A stretch of DNA of 64,000 nt from the human T2T-CHM13v2.0 reference genome, Homo sapiens: NCBI RefSeq assembly GCF_009914755.1, contig NC_060927.1, one strand, 5' to 3'. Positions within the stretch are counted from its first letter, which is position 1. The number at the start of each line of letters is the position of its first letter. Shown here piece after piece: positions 42,524-57,778 of the stretch. The notes beneath the pieces are model-generated. The model did no database searches and had not been told where the DNA came from. It saw only the letters and a list, made by a program, of their open reading frames with translations. Position numbers and translations under genes: made by a program.

Positions 42524-45500
42524 CGCGTTGCTGTTTTACTGACTCATCTTGGTGTGAAACAGAAGTTAGGCCTGCAACTACTCTACCTTCCCCCTGAATT
42601 CTCCTGGGCCATTTGTGTGTGTTTAATACAGAGAGTCTAGCCCAGGCTTCTATAAGACACTCAGCGGTGGCAACAAGAACTGACATAGCTGTCAGTTTTT
42701 CTTGTGGAATTCCAGCTCATACTTTTGGATTCCAGTTTGCTCTTGGTCTCCACCAATACACATTCATCTTCCCTTCCCAAATGAATGCTCTAAACACTCT
42801 AAGCTCCAGCATCAGATGTAAAGAAAATAGCTTTGCAGAGACTGTCTGTCCAGCTGCATAAGGCCAAATATATATACGTGTATACATCTCCTAGTGGTTA
42901 TTGTTTCTTGTTAAACTCTGAGTGATATAGTGTTCTTCAGAATGGTAAGAAACACCTAAATTGTGGAATAAATGCCAGTGTAAGACTTTTAACACAATTA
43001 TCAAAAATATCAGAGGCCTGGTCCACCAATAGCAGCTGCCCACATCCCCAGTTATATCCTGTTTCTCCATGCCCTCAAGTAACAGACAAGATGGAAAAAC
43101 ACACAACATTAAGTGCTCTGAAGAAAATGCCAATTGATCTCAGATTTTAAAAAGGGAGTTTAGGACAAGTTCCCCATTCTGTACCTGAGCAAATAGGAGG
43201 TTTGGAATAGAGTTGACCTTGTCAAATATGACAAGATAAAAGGAAATGGCATGATGATAGCTATGTAAAAATTCAGGTGAAAAAGTGGAGACAAGAAACT
43301 CAGTTCTATAGGACAAATAAGCAGTTTAATATGGAGAAAAAGAAGAAAATATTTCATAACACATATTTACAGGAAAAATTAAAAGAAAATAAAATCACTG
43401 AAACAAAATGAGACATTACACCAAAGGAATATATGATGAATAATGCAGACCTAAATAAATCAATTAGGGACAAAACACTACTTTGCTAAAAAACTCATAT
43501 ATAAATTAAAAGAGGCAAAAGAACAACACAGCCATGGCTGAAACCTAATTGGAAGCATGGAGGAAAGGAATTAAGACAGCCACAGCCATGGCAGAAATAT
43601 AGAACAGTGATAAAATTTCATTCGAAAAAGTTAATAGAAATGGTGAATGAGTAACAATACGAAAGCTTAAAAGTATTCAATGAGTATGAAGTTGGGAAGA
43701 TTATTAACAGTACAGAAAACGTATGCAACGTTCTAATAGAGAGTAATAGTTCTAATAGTAGAGTTCTAATAGTTTCAAAGGTTTCAGACTAAAGGATTAT
43801 AGTACTGATGAGCCCATTTGTTATACAAAAATAACAATAACAACAATAATAATAGCTACTTGAAGATAAAATTCAGCCAAACAAAAGTTAATCAAAATAA
43901 AGAATTTCAGAAAAGATAAGCTATGGTAAACACTTCTGATAATCATTAACTTTACAGCAATATCGGGGACTCTTCAATCTCTCTAAGAAGTTCCAACTCT
44001 TTTCTTCCAGTTCCTCAAATCCATGTTTTCCTCTCACTTCCACAGTTTATCCAGAACTGATTTTAAGTAAGCAAACTAGCAACCTGGGCTAATTCTCTAT
44101 TTTCACAAAATCTGAAAGTCCAAAAATTGTTGCTTGAGTGTTTTCAATGAGCATGCATTAATTTTCTTAAAAAGTATAATTTTTTTAAAAAAAGGAAATC
44201 CTGTAATACATACCACACACTGCCTGATAGAAACAAGAACTGTTAGGTTTTTGAACTTTTATATAATTGTTTGCTTTTTATATAGAAAAAATATTAAATC
44301 CTGAAATGATTGATCTCATACTAAGATCTGTGTCAGTCTTAATCTAGAGAATCAATCATTGGGTAATCTGGTACCCTGGCCTCAATCTTTAGGCTCCCTG
44401 CAAACCTGAGGCGTAAGTAGCTTTTCTGATGAAGTAAAGGGAGACTCAAGCACACAGTTTCAGTAATTTATTTACTTTCTGAAATTGTTTTGGTATTTGT
44501 AGGTAGTTATTAGCCCAGAACACTAGATCTGAACGTTTCTTTCTAAATAAAATCTTAGGGCTCTGAGATAGTTGATGAAGTCTGAAAGTGCATTTGAATA
44601 CACTTATTCACCAGGAGAATTTCAGTTATATTCTTAAAATTTAATAAGTCTGAAAACATAGATTTAACAAAACTATAGCTAGTATTTATATCTGACTTTA
44701 TTGTGAAGGTCAGTAGATACCTAGCCAGCCAGATAATCAGAACCAGAAGGATCCAGCTATTTCTTTTTTCAACCAAGAGGTCTTAAAAAACATGAAAACT
44801 GTTTATCTTCACTAACAACAAATAAATGTAATATTATGCAAAAATAAGATAGTGATTTTTGTTTACCAAACTAGTACATGTTCAAAATAATAATTTTGTT
44901 GAAGTGAGTTAGGAATTCCCAAATATTGATAATTAAATTTGGCACAATATTTCTAAAAACCAATTTGAGAATTGAATTATTCTAAGAACTTTGTAAAATT
45001 AGGGATGACTTCTTTCTCTGAGTTCTGCTTTACTATCATAACAGAAAGTTTAGGGTAATTGGAAGTTAAATTGTTAGTTTCGAATGTGGCACAGTGAATT
45101 GTGAGATAGCCCAAAATGTAGATTTTCAAAGGAATATCTAGAAACTGTTTGCATGCCTCCAAAAAGTCCTTACCATCAAGAGGATATTTTTAAAAAGGCA
45201 AGAGTTGAATAGTTGTAAAGTTTTGCCAAAAGAGTTCTTTGGAGAGAATTGATGCCATATGAGTTCCCCACTCAGCCCACATACATAACATGACACCCAC
45301 TCAGGGAGGGGGGATGGGTAGAGCTCTCTTGCCCTGAAGCCTGGAGATCTGGGTGGTAATGGGACCACTACTCAAATACGGCAACTCTTCTAGAACTTGG
45401 GAAGGACAGTGGAGTGGCATCTGACTTCTGCTAGATAGGAAAGTGAAAGAGATGGACTGCCGAGCAGAGTTCAGAGCACAGGTGAGGTCCTATTTTGTGT

Positions 45501-46629
45501 TTGTCTATGCTTCCAGGATAGATTTGGACAAAATATGCATGATTGTTGATTGTGGGTTATATGTGAACCAGGTCAGTGAGAAGGCGAACCTGGAGCTTTT
45601 TTGACTTCTTCCCAAGAAGACCACCTAGGTATGCTGAGGGTCCAACAGAGCAAGCCCATGCAGAATAGACAACTGGAGAACCAGAGGATAAAGGTGAGGC
45701 CAAGGGCAAAGAAATAGAATATATCAAGATAATGGAGCTGCAGTGGGAGCAACCTAGCAGCAGAGTTTTCAAAACTCAATGAAAGCCACGTGTGAAATAA
45801 AGCTTAATTTATCTGGCATTTCCACAAAGCCAAAAGCCATATTCCAAAACCAATCAAATCAGAGCTTTCCGTCCCCATTCTCTCTTCCTTCTGCACATCA
45901 ATCCAAATGATCCTTAAGAATTTCTAGCAAGTTGGGAGAAGGGAAGTAATAAAAGAAACAACCTAAATACTCTAGTGCATGAAATCAGGTGTCGATTCTC
46001 TTCAGACTACACTTGGTGGCCAAGATGAAAGAAGCTTACATTTTAGTGAAGATGGATGTGTTATTCACATATTATAATTCTTGAATCAAAACTGTAATAT
46101 GCATAGGACCATCTAGTACCCTAGAGAGACTAGACAGTCACAGGGCTATATGAGTTTTATCCAGTGAAAGGGAAAAACATTTTCTGTAGAAAAAAAATAT
46201 AAAGTGACAGTGAGAAATTAAAACTATACACATCTCTGAACTTTTATTAAAGTATAACAAACACAGCTGTACACAAACAATAAGACATCGTTCAATACAT
46301 TGTCACAAAGCCCCCCTTCTTTTTAACCAACACACTTATCAATACATTACTAGACTCCACAAAGCCCCCTTCGTGCGACATTTGAATCAATCTCCTCTGC
46401 CATTGTAACCATTAACCTAATTTCTAACATCACAGATTAGTTTTGCCTATTTTTGAACTTTATATATAAATGGAATCATACATGTTTTTGGGTAATCATA
46501 AACACTTTTGCACTCTTTTGTGTCCAACTTCATTCACTCGATATTATGTCTGGAGGTTATTTTATACTGTTGCATGTACAGAAGTTGTAGTTTTCTTCAT
46601 TCTCATTTCTATATAGTATTCTTCCATAT

Positions 46630-46951
46630 CAACAGTTGGCAAACTCTGACCTATGGGGCCAAATCTGGCTCACCACCTGTGTTTGCATGGTTTACAAGAA
46701 AAAACGGGTTCTACATTTTTTAAAAACTAAATAAAAAAGCGTACTATTTCCAGACATGTGGGAATTGTATGAAATTCAAATTTCATTGTCCATAAATAAA
46801 GTTTCTATTGGAATATATCCATACTCGTTCATTTTGTATTGTCTATGGCTGTTTTATGCTATAATGGTAGAGTTAAGGACTCATGACAGAGATTGTGCTG
46901 CCTAAAATATTTACTATCTGGGCCTTTATAGAAAATGTTTGCCAACCCCTC
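46630..46951 (+). mobile_element. MER58B-like hAT MITE
   Basis: TIRs cagttggcaaac and gtttgccaacccct. Contains gggccaaatctggc. Confidence 0.85.
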
Positions 46952-47574
46952 CACTATGCGAATGCATAACAACTTATATTTATCTATTTGACTATTGAGA
47001 AGCATCAGGGTAGTTTTTGGGGACATTACAAATTACATTTGGGGACATTACAAATAATCCTGCTATGAACATTCTCATGCATTTCCTTTGTGAACATATG
47101 TGTGCATTTCTATTGCAGATATTATACTTAGGAGTGGAACTGTTGCACTTTAGGAAGACACTGTCAAACAGCATTCCAAAGAAATGTACAAATTTACACT
47201 CCATCTGGCAGTGTTTGGGAGGTCTGGTTGTTCCACACCCTTTCCAATATTTGGTATGCTGTCTTATCAATTTTAGCCATTTTGGAGAGTTCTTGGTAGT
47301 ACATTTAGTTTTTATTTTCCTCAAGGAGGCTCTCAAGTATTTGATTTTTTTTCTATACTATTGTCAGTAGCACCATTTTTAGATTTGTATTTTCTGTTTG
47401 CTTCTTGCTGGTACATAGAAATACAATGTATTTTTGTACATTGTCTTTGCATCCAACAAACTTGCTAAATTCATTTATTAATTCTAATAGCTTGTAACTT
47501 CTGTTGATTTTTTTCCCACCAAAACTGCCATGTCTTCTGCAATGACAGCTTTATTTATTATTTCCAATTCTCTT

Positions 47575-47683
47575 GCCTTTTCTTCTCCCTTCTTCTTCCT
47601 TCTCCTCCTCTTCCCCTTTTTCTCCTTCTCCTTCTTCTTCTTCTCCTTCTTCATTTCTGTCTCTCTCTCTCTCTCTCTCTCCC
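47575..47683. repeat. (TTC)n/(CT)n polypyrimidine tract
   Basis: Seen directly in the sequence. Confidence 0.9.
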
Positions 47684-48131
47684 TGTCTGTTTTGGTCTTA
47701 TTGCATCTGCCAGGATTTTTAACATAATGCTAAATAGAATTGATTACAGCGGACAGGACCTTTTCTCATTTACAATCTTAAGGAAAAATCCTTTCAGTAT
47801 TTCACCAATAATATAATTTTTCCTTTAAGGTTTTCACAGATACTATTTCTCAAATTAAGGAAGTTTTTTTTTCTGTTTATAGTTTACTAGAAGGTTTTCT
47901 GTGTGTGTGTGTGTTTTTAAGTTACGAATGTGTTGAATTTCATCAAATGCTTTTATATATCTGGTAAGATAATCAATTTTTCTACTTTTTTTCTTTAATG
48001 TGATGAAGTACATAGATTGAATTTCAAACAGTAAACCATCCTTACATTGCTATAATATACCTACCCACCTTGGTTACGATGTATTATCTCTTTGATATAT
48101 TGCTGGATTTGATTTGCTAATTGACAAGAAC

Positions 48132-48592
48132 TGTGAAGGGTCAGAGATTTTTACCTTACTGTACTTACTAAACTAACATGTTAACCTGCCACAGTTTCAT
48201 GGATGATGGTAAACAACAGGAAACATCTGAGTCAGAGTTAATGAACAGTTTTTATTCACAGAAACAGTAATAGGCAGAGTATCAGCATTCACATTTGTGC
48301 CCTGAGATCCAATTACCACAGGTAGCTCCAATCTGTTTCATATGCAGGTACCACCTGCATATGAAATACATTGCATTACAAAAGAGAAACCCTAAGTTTA
48401 GTGAACCCAAATCTTTTACAATGGGCAGAAATTATATTGTGGTTTTCTCTGGAGAGAAACATGATCTCTGTCTTCTAAGGCTGTTTGCTATACAAACATC
48501 CTTGAAAAGAGAGTCCAGATGAAAAGCCAATTAGTACTTCATGTATGAGATGTGTGGAAATTCAAGAAACCCATGGAGAATTATCTCCTAAG
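48132..48592 (-). mobile_element. ERV1-class LTR (MER89-like, tentative), 3' LTR of a provirus remnant
   Basis: Lies immediately downstream of the env relic on the minus strand. Its U3 end (cttctaaggctgtttgctatacaaacatccttg...cccatggagaattatctcc) is homologous to 51340-51465. Confidence 0.75.
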
Positions 48593-48679
48593 ACTATTTG
48601 GTTCTTGTTTCTACAACTCCTTGGCTTTTGGTGTTATTTTGCATGAGTACACCACTCTGCTTAATCTGATGGAGGCTGG

Positions 48680-49631
48680 GACGCAATCTGCTCTGTTTTA
48701 TTTACCCTTTAATTAAGGACACTTCCAATATGACTTCAAGTACCAGAAGGAGGCCAAAATGAAGTATTCACCTCGCTCCCCAGATTCCCAGATCCAACCA
48801 GGTAAATAAATCTCATAAACCAGTGGTCCCCAGCCTTTTTGGCACCAGGGACTAGTTTCATGGAAGACAATTTTTCCTTCGGCTGAAGCGTGGGGGGATG
48901 GTTTCAGGATGATTCAAGTGCATTACATTTATTGCACACTTTATTTATATTATTACATTCTAATATGTAATGAAATAATTATACAACTCGACATAATGTA
49001 AAACCAGTAGAAGCCCTGAACTTGTTTTCCTGCAACTAGATGGTCCCATCTGGGGGTGATAGGAGACAGTGACAGATCACCAAGCATTAGATTCTGATAA
49101 GGAGCATGCAGCCTAGATCCCTTGAATGTGCAGTTCACAATAGGATTTGTGCTTCTATGTGAATCTAATACTGCCACTGATCTGACAGGAGGTGGCACTC
49201 AATGGTAATATGAGCAATGGGGAGTGGCTGTAAATATAGATGATGCTTTGCTCACTCAACTATTGCTCACACCCTGCTGTGTATCTGTGGCCCAGGGCTT
49301 GAGGACCCTATCATAAACCACCATGGTCTACCTTAGAAGGTTAGGTGACTTTCTTCTCAGGTACCTGAACTTGACTTTTCACTTGACTAAAGACATTAAT
49401 CCAGGTACAAAAGAATACTATTACATAGACTCTTCCTTGGTTTGCACAGAGGATGACTAGGGCAATTCTGTCATTCATAAAAACCCTGGTTAGTGAGTTG
49501 AAGCTGACTTGAATGCTTTCCAGGACTGAGATGGCATCATTAATTATTTCGGATAAAGCCAGGGACAAATTTCGTAAACGTATTTTAATTGCATGATTTT
49601 CATCATAGAGATAACTGTCCACAGGGTACAC
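48680..49631 (-). pseudogene. env: Degenerate gammaretroviral-type env TM region, split by MER1
   Basis: ORF 49341..49631 gives LRNLSLALSEIINDAISVLESIQVSFNSLTRVFMNDRIALVILCANQGRVYVIVFFCTWIN: heptad repeat, ISD-like segment and an eroded CX6CC/CTWIN. It continues in frame as DLFTWLDLGIWGA and a hydrophobic anchor. Confidence 0.85.
48821..49310 (+). mobile_element. MER1A-like hAT-Charlie MITE
   Basis: cagtggtccccagcctttttggcaccaggg...gaggacccta. Perfect 8-bp TSD tcataaac (48813-48820, 49311-49318). Confidence 0.93.
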
Positions 49632-49878
49632 ATGAAGAATGACTCACATACCCTTCCAAAAAGGTCCACCAATTAGCTAAGGCTAGCCTCATTTTAGAGA
49701 GATCTCCACAGTCCCATGAGGGCTACATGATCTACTGGTAATGTTTCCTCAATATTTGAAGGTTTCTTATGACCATTCCTGAAGTACAAATACTTTGGAG
49801 AATGAGACAAATTAATGCCTGACTCCTGTATAAGAAGTATGGGTCTGGGAATGCAGATCATGTCTCTGGAGGTCAAGG

Positions 49879-50173
49879 TTTTTTGTTGTTTTTTTTTTTT
49901 TTTGGTTTTTGTTTGTTTGTTTAAGGAGAGTCTTGCTCTGTTGCCCAGGCTGGAATGCAGTAGCATGATTACAGCTCACTGCAGGCTCGATCTCCCAGGC
50001 TCCAGCAATCCTCTGGCCTCAGCCTCCTGAGTAGCTGGGACTACAGGCACATGTCACCATGCCAGGCTAGTGTTTTATTTTTTGCAGAGATGAGATCTCA
50101 CTGTGTCAAGCGATCCTCCTGCCTCAGCCTCCCAAAGTGATGGGATTACAGGCATGAGTCACCATGTCTGGCC
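49879..50173 (-). mobile_element. AluJ with an internal deletion, inside the ERV internal region
   Basis: ttacagctcactgcaggctcgatctcc. The join ctgtg|tcaagcgatcc lacks the ccaggctggtc...ctggg segment. Confidence 0.92.
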
Positions 50174-50934
50174 AATAAACTTTTGTGTACAATTATTGGG
50201 GCAACCTAAGTGGGACCTATTATGTTAGGGATGAAAGTTGACAGTATCTTCTACATGGCCTCTCACCCAGCCGGTAGATGTTAGGATTCCAACTTCAGTT
50301 TGAATAATGGAGCCTGGTCCTTGTTTTTAGAGGACTGCCAGGGAAGTTGTTCTATTCTAACTTGTTCGTCCACTCCACCAGTTAGGTAGGTTTGTCTGTC
50401 CCACAAGATGACTGAGCAATTATGAGAATAGGAGTGGGGAAGATATCTGATTGTGTTGACAGATGTTATGCGTAAAAGATATGACAGCTGGATTATCCCC
50501 TGTAGTTTCTGATAGACTTCCCAATAAAATTAAGAATAATGGTGACATGTTGTGGTTAGAGTTATCTGGCAAGGGGTGGCATACCCAGCTACCTGTTAAA
50601 TTTAAACTGCTTGCAAAATGTAAGAGCCACAGCAGGGCATTTTTCTTCCCAATAAAAGCTACAGGAGTGTCTCTGAAACACAGAAGATCATTAATGTCCC
50701 TCCTTCCTCCATAACTCCGAGTAACTAAGGCATTTCTGCTCCAGATACCGGAATTTTTGCTCTTCTGTCATTGCCACAAAATGAATGTGCTACATTCCAG
50801 TAGTTACAAATTCATCTCTTTTCTAATCACTCCTTAACTGCATACGCTATGCACACTTTCGATTTTTTTCTATGCTATTGTCAGTAGCATCAAAAGGGTC
50901 TGCTGCAAGAGGGACAATGGTATTTTTGTTAAAC

Positions 50935-51465
<531 letters not shown>

Positions 51466-51490
51466 CTAACATTTCATTAGGACTTTGGCT

Positions 51491-51974
51491 TACGAGAGAA
51501 GTTTGTCACAGTCAAATCAAATATAGAAACGAATCTCTAAATGTGAAATGTTTTATTTGAGAAGCAAGAATTGTAGTTCCAGGGCACACATACAAGACCA
51601 TGTGGTCTTCAACATGTCCAAAATACAAAGAGGAGGTTGGAAGTTTTATAAAAAGGAGAAATGTTATTTTGTTTGTTTGTTTGAAAGACAGTTCACTGGC
51701 ACTAGTAAAGTTTTGGAGAGCTGGCAAGCTCTGACTGATGAGTGACTGAGGTGGATCAAACTTGTCTTAGTGTCACAGCAGGTTATTTCAGTGACCATTG
51801 GATAAAACTGGTTTCAGGTTACAATGGGGAGTTTCAGCAGGCTTGCCGAGAATTACATTCTTGGAGCAATGTTATGTTCCCTGAGTGTTTTTGTTTTTGT
51901 TTTTTCCCACCTGGCCTCTCAACTTTGTTTTAGTTGACTGTCAAGAATGACCCAATTTGTATGATCAACTTTCA
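51491..51974 (-). mobile_element. MER4-group LTR (LTR49-like, tentative)
   Basis: Ends caagaatgacccaatttgtatgatcaactttca. Antisense aataaa at ~51552. Confidence 0.7.
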
Positions 51975-53627
51975 CTGGTTGTTCTGTAGTTTTTGTTTCT
52001 TATAAAATCCTTGGCAGATTTTGGTATCAAAGTTTTTCCAGCCTCATAAAATGAGTTGGGAAATGTTCTTTCTGTGTTTTCTGGAAGAATTTAGGGAGAT
52101 TTGTGATATTTCTTTCTTAAATGTTTGAATAAATTTACCCATGAAACTTTGGTAGTCAGGAGGCTACAACTGAAACTGTGGGCTTCAAAACATGCTGTTG
52201 TGGCTGCAAGACAGCCATCAAGAAGCTACTGCTGCCACAAAGTCCTTTCAACACACAAAAATCAATGACCGGGCACCAGGATGCTGCCCAGTACTCAGCA
52301 TCTCCATTACCAGACAGCCCAATAGGCAATAGGGCAATAGGAAGATGATGCTTGCCTCATTCTCATCTTCCAAAATTCCATTCAAGAGCATTGAATGGAT
52401 AAAATAAGTTTTGCATTCAGCACCCTAGATGCAAGGGAATCCTGGAAATGCTGTACAGTTGTTAGCTTACTAGTGTCTTTAGTACAGAAAAGCACACTAC
52501 GAAAGTTTCAAGTGGACAGTATGCCCAAGTTTACCACATTCTGTAAAAGGTAAATAATTCAGATATAACTTAAAAGCAGTAGGTTTAATCATGCCTACTC
52601 TGCTTCCTGAGAAAATATCTTCAAAAATCATGCCATAAAGGGTATCAATGGGTCTTTAGCAACATAAAAAGAATTTGACTAAAGCAAATAGTGGTATATA
52701 TCACGAACCTTAAAATAATTATATTCTTTATACCATTAATTCCATTGCTAAAATTCTGAAATAAAGAAATAATCATAAATGCTATTTACATAGAAAAGTG
52801 TTTCTAATTGCATTATTCATAATATTTAAAAAATTTAAACATCCAATTCTCTTAAATTAGAAAAGTGGCCAAGTATATTGAAAGGCAAACATATAATATT
52901 ATACAAATATTAAAATGATGATTATATAATTGTGAATAAAAAGTAAAGCTACAAAATTTTATGCACAGCATGATTTGAACTGTGTTAAATATCATAAAAG
53001 AAAAAGAAGGAAGGAAATAAGCCGAAATACTAGACAATAGATTTTGAGTAGTTTTTAACATTTTTTTCTGCTCTTTTTATGCTATTTATTACTTCCTAAG
53101 TTTACTGCAAAAAGCACACATTACTTTGTAATCAAAAATGAAATAAAAAGGGATTTATTCTCTAATGGGACAGTCTGGTATTTGGAAGAAAAGTTATTTT
53201 TGAATTGTTGAGATTATGTGAATCAAAGGCAATTGGAAAGAATCAGGACTTGTTTCTACTCTGTGCACACCACTAAAGGGATGTTATTGCTGACAGTTTA
53301 ACAGTCAGTTTCAGAAAAAAGCAAGAGAACTATAGAATGCACCATATCTGGTTCAGTTATCTTCTTCTTGATTTTCTAGGAGTGTTGTTTAACATTCTAA
53401 CTTTTGAAATACGTGAATAGCAACTACCTAGCTGCTCTTGTTGAAAATAAGAAGAATATCAAAGTTTCTTAAATTTCATTTGTATCATTTTGTTTTTATT
53501 ATACTTTTTGAGGAAATTATAGATTCATATGCAGTGTAAGAAATAATACACAAAATACACAAAAATGCTTTACCCAGTTTTCTCCAATAATAATATCTTA
53601 TAAAATTATAGTCACAGATCACACACA

Positions 53628-54842
53628 CATGCCCTTAACCTACTTTTTAATGGGATTGTTTGTTTTTTTCTTACGGATTTGTTTGGGTTCATTGTAGATT
53701 CTGGATATTAGTCCTTTGTCAGATGTATAGATTGTGAAGATTTTCTCCCACTCTATGGGTTTTCTGTTTACTCTGCTGACTGTTCCTTTTGCTGTGCAAA
53801 AACTCTTTATTTTAATTAGGTCTCATATATTTATCTTTGTTTTTATTGCATTTGCTTTTGGGTTCTTGGTCATAAAATCCTTGCTTAAAAAGCCAATATC
53901 TAGAAGGGTTTTTCCAATGTTGTCTTCTAGAATTTTTATAGTTTCAGGTCTTTGGTTTAAGTCCTTAATCCATCGTGAGTTGATTTTTTTTATAAAGTGA
54001 GAGATGAGGGTCCAGTTTCATTCTCTTACATGTGGTTAGCCAATTATCCCAGAGCAATCAGACAACAGAAAGAAATAAAGGGCATCAAAATCAGTAAAGA
54101 GGAAGTCAAACTGACATTGTTTGCTGACAATATGATTGTTTACCTTGAAAACCCTAAAGAGTCCTCCAGAAAGCTCCTAGAACTGATAAAAGAATTCAGC
54201 AAAGTTTCCGGATACAAGATTAACGTACGCAAATTAGTAGCTCTTCTATACACCAACAGTGACCAAGCAGAGAATCAAATCAAGAATTCAACCCCTTTTA
54301 CAATAGCTGAAAAACAAACAAGCAAACAACAACAAAACAACTTAGGAATATACCTAACCAAGGAGTCAAAAGACCTCTACAAGGAAAACTACAAAACGCT
54401 GCTGAAAGAAATCATAGATGACACAAATGGAAACACATCCCATGGTCATGGATGGGTAGGAGCAATATTGTAAAAGTGACCATACTGCCAAAAGCAGTGT
54501 ATAAATTCAATGCAATCCCCATCAAAATGCCACCATCATTCTTCACAGAATTAGAGAAAATTCTAAAATTCTTATGGAATCAAAAAGAGCCTGCATAGCC
54601 AAAGCAAGACTAAGCAAAAAGAAAAAATCTGGAGGCATCACACTACCTAATTTCAAACTATACTATAAGACCATAGTCACCAAAACAGCATGGTACTGGT
54701 ATAAAAATGGGTACATAGACCAATGGAACAGAATAGAGAACCTGGAAATAGACCCAAATACTTATAGTCAACTGATCTTCAACAAAGCAAACAAAAACAT
54801 AAAGTGGAGAAATCATGCCCTTTTCAACAAATGGTGCTGGGA
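53628..54842. mobile_element. L1PB-like element with an internal inversion (53628-54052 minus, 54049-54842 plus)
   Basis: Plus ORFs 53997..54473 ([19 protein letters not shown]) and 54574..54906 (WYWYKN...FNKWCWD). The minus piece starts at the next consensus bases. Confidence 0.9.
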
Positions 54843-56187
54843 CCATTCTCTATTTCTAAAATTTGTCATTTCAAGAATCTTATATCAATGGGTATATAGC
54901 ATATAGCACTTGGAGGTTGGCTTTTTTTCACTCAGCATATTTTTCTTTTGTAGATTTATCCAGGTTGTTTCAAGTATCAGCAGTTTTTCCTTTTTTATTG
55001 CTGAGGTAGTGTTCCATGATATGGATCCACCAGTTTGTTTAACCATTAATTGATTGAAGGATATCTTGGTTGTATCGTTTTCCACTATTACTAAGGTAGC
55101 TGTTGTAAATATTTTGGTATGGGTTGTTATGTAAGCATATGTTATTCGTTATTATGCTTATTTCTCTGGAATAAGTGCCCAGAATGCAATTCATGAGTTG
55201 TATGGTATTTGCAGGTTTAGCTTCTAAAGAAACTGCCGGAGTTTTCCAGAGTGGCTATATCATGGTACATTCTCATCAGCAATGTATGAGTGATCCAGTT
55301 TCTCCACATCCTTGTCAGCATTTGGTGTCACAGATTTTTATTTTAGCCATTTTAACAGATACATAGTGGTATCTCATTCTGTTTTTAATTTTCATTTTCC
55401 TAATGGCTAATGAGGTTGAACATCTTTTGAGATGACTTTTTTCCATTTGTATACCTTCTTTGGTGAAGTGTCTGTTCATGTCTTTTGCCCGTGTTCTAAC
55501 TGAATTGTTTGCTTTTTTACTGTTGAATTCTGAGAGCTCTTCACATATTACAAATAATAATCCTTTTATCAAATATGTGGTTTGTAAATATTTTATCCCG
55601 GTTAGTAGCTTGTTTTTTCACCTCCTTAACAGGATCTTTCAATGAGAAAATTTTAAAAAACTTTTGGTGACACAGAATTTATTAATTTTTTATTTTATGG
55701 ATTATGCTTTTGTTGTCAAGTCTAAGAACTCTTTACATAGCTCTTGAACCTGAAAATATACACCAATGTTTTCTTCTAAAAGTTTTATAGTTTTAACTCC
55801 ATGATTCATTTTCAGTTAATTTTTGTTGAAAGTGTGAGACTTAGATCAAGGCTCTTTGCATTTGTTTGTTTATTTGCTTATGGAATGGATTCCCAATTGT
55901 TTCAGTGTCATTTGTTGAAAAGGCTCTTTCCCCCTTATTTCCTTTTCACATTTGTGAAAAATTACTTGGGCATATTTGTGTGACTCAGTTTCTGGGTTCT
56001 CTATTGTGTTCCATTAATCTCTATGTTTATTTCTCCACAGTACCATACAGTCTTGATTATTGTAGGTATATAGTAAATTTGAAATCAAGTAAACTATTCT
56101 TAATTATTTTCTTCAAAATTGTTTTAGTTATTCTATGTACTTTGCCTTTCTATACAAATTTTACAATAATCTTGTCTATAGCTATAA

Positions 56188-56546
<359 letters not shown>

Positions 56547-57778
56547 ATGTTAATTCTTTATATAAATTGAGAAAAAAATCATTTTTACTGTATTGAGTCT
56601 TTTATTCCATGAACATGGTATACCTTCTCAATTATTTAATCTTCTTTAGTTTCTTTCATCAGTATTGTGTAGTTTCCATCATATAAGTCTTAAACAAATT
56701 TTGTTAGATTTACACTTAAGTATTATAATATTTGAGTACTTGTAAATGGTACTGTATTTTTAATTTCACTGTTCACATGTTCATTGCCAGTATATAGAAA
56801 TGCAATTGACTTTTATTTATTGTATATTATACCACATTATTGACTTTGCTTATTATTTCTAGGTATTTTTGTAGATTCTTTGTAATTTTCTACATTATAT
56901 TGTCTTAGAAAATAGACAATCATATTGTCTTCAAATAGGAGCAGTTTTTATTTCTTCTTTTCTAGTCAATATCCCTTTTATTTCTTTATATTGCTGAATG
57001 CTCTGGCTAAAATTTCTAGCACTGTTGAAGAAGAGTGGTGAGACTGGACATTCTTATTTTGTTCCTTATCTTACAGGGAAAACATTCACTTTTTTACCAT
57101 TAAATATATAATTATGCACAGATTTTTAATAGATACTCTTTACCAAGTTGAATAAGTTCCCCCTCTATTCCTCTTTTTCTGAGTTTTTGTCATAACTGAT
57201 CATTGAATTTTGTCAAGTAATTTTTTAGCATTAACTGATATTATGTGATTTTTCTTTTTTAGCCCATTAGTGTGGTGGATCACATTGATTAATTTTCAAA
57301 TATTGAAACATACTTGCATTCCTGGAATTAAATTAACTAGATCATGGTAAATAATCCCTTTCATATATTGCTGAATTCTATTTGCTTTTTTAAAGGATTT
57401 TTGTATTTATATTTAGGAAACTAACTGGTCTGTAGTTTTCTTTTTCTGCCCTATCTTCACCTGCTTTTGGTATCAGGGTAATACTAGCTTCATAAAATGA
57501 TTTGAAAAATGTTACCTCCTCTTCTTTTTTTTGGAAAAATTGTGTAAAGTTGGTGCTATTTATTAAACATTTCATAAAAATTTCCCCTGTAACCATCTGG
57601 GCTTGGAGATTCCTTTATGGGGATCTTTTAAATCATCAATCCAATTGCCCTATTAGTTATAGAGCTGTCCAAATTATCTATTTTATATTGGATAAGTAGT
57701 GGTTACTTGTGTTTTTTAGGGAGTTGGCCCATTTTTACCTAAGTTGTCAAATTTATGCATGTAGAGTTGTTCATAGTA

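Larger units (their letters stand above)
46240..48122 (-). mobile_element. Ancient L1M fragments, resuming at 51975-52150 after the ERV/LTR block
   Basis: Antisense 3' UTR and ORF2 motifs (aaatggaatcatac, cttgctaaattcatttattaattcta, tgctggatttgatttgctaa). Confidence 0.75.

Noticed and set aside
45130-45990. Possible ancient LTR (aataaa at ~45796)
   Set aside because: No termini or TSD that I could define, and the family was not recognised with confidence.
49341-49631. Intact or domesticated env (syncytin-like) gene
   Set aside because: Multiple stops, loss of the CX6CC cysteines, and MER1 and Alu insertions show it is a pseudogene.
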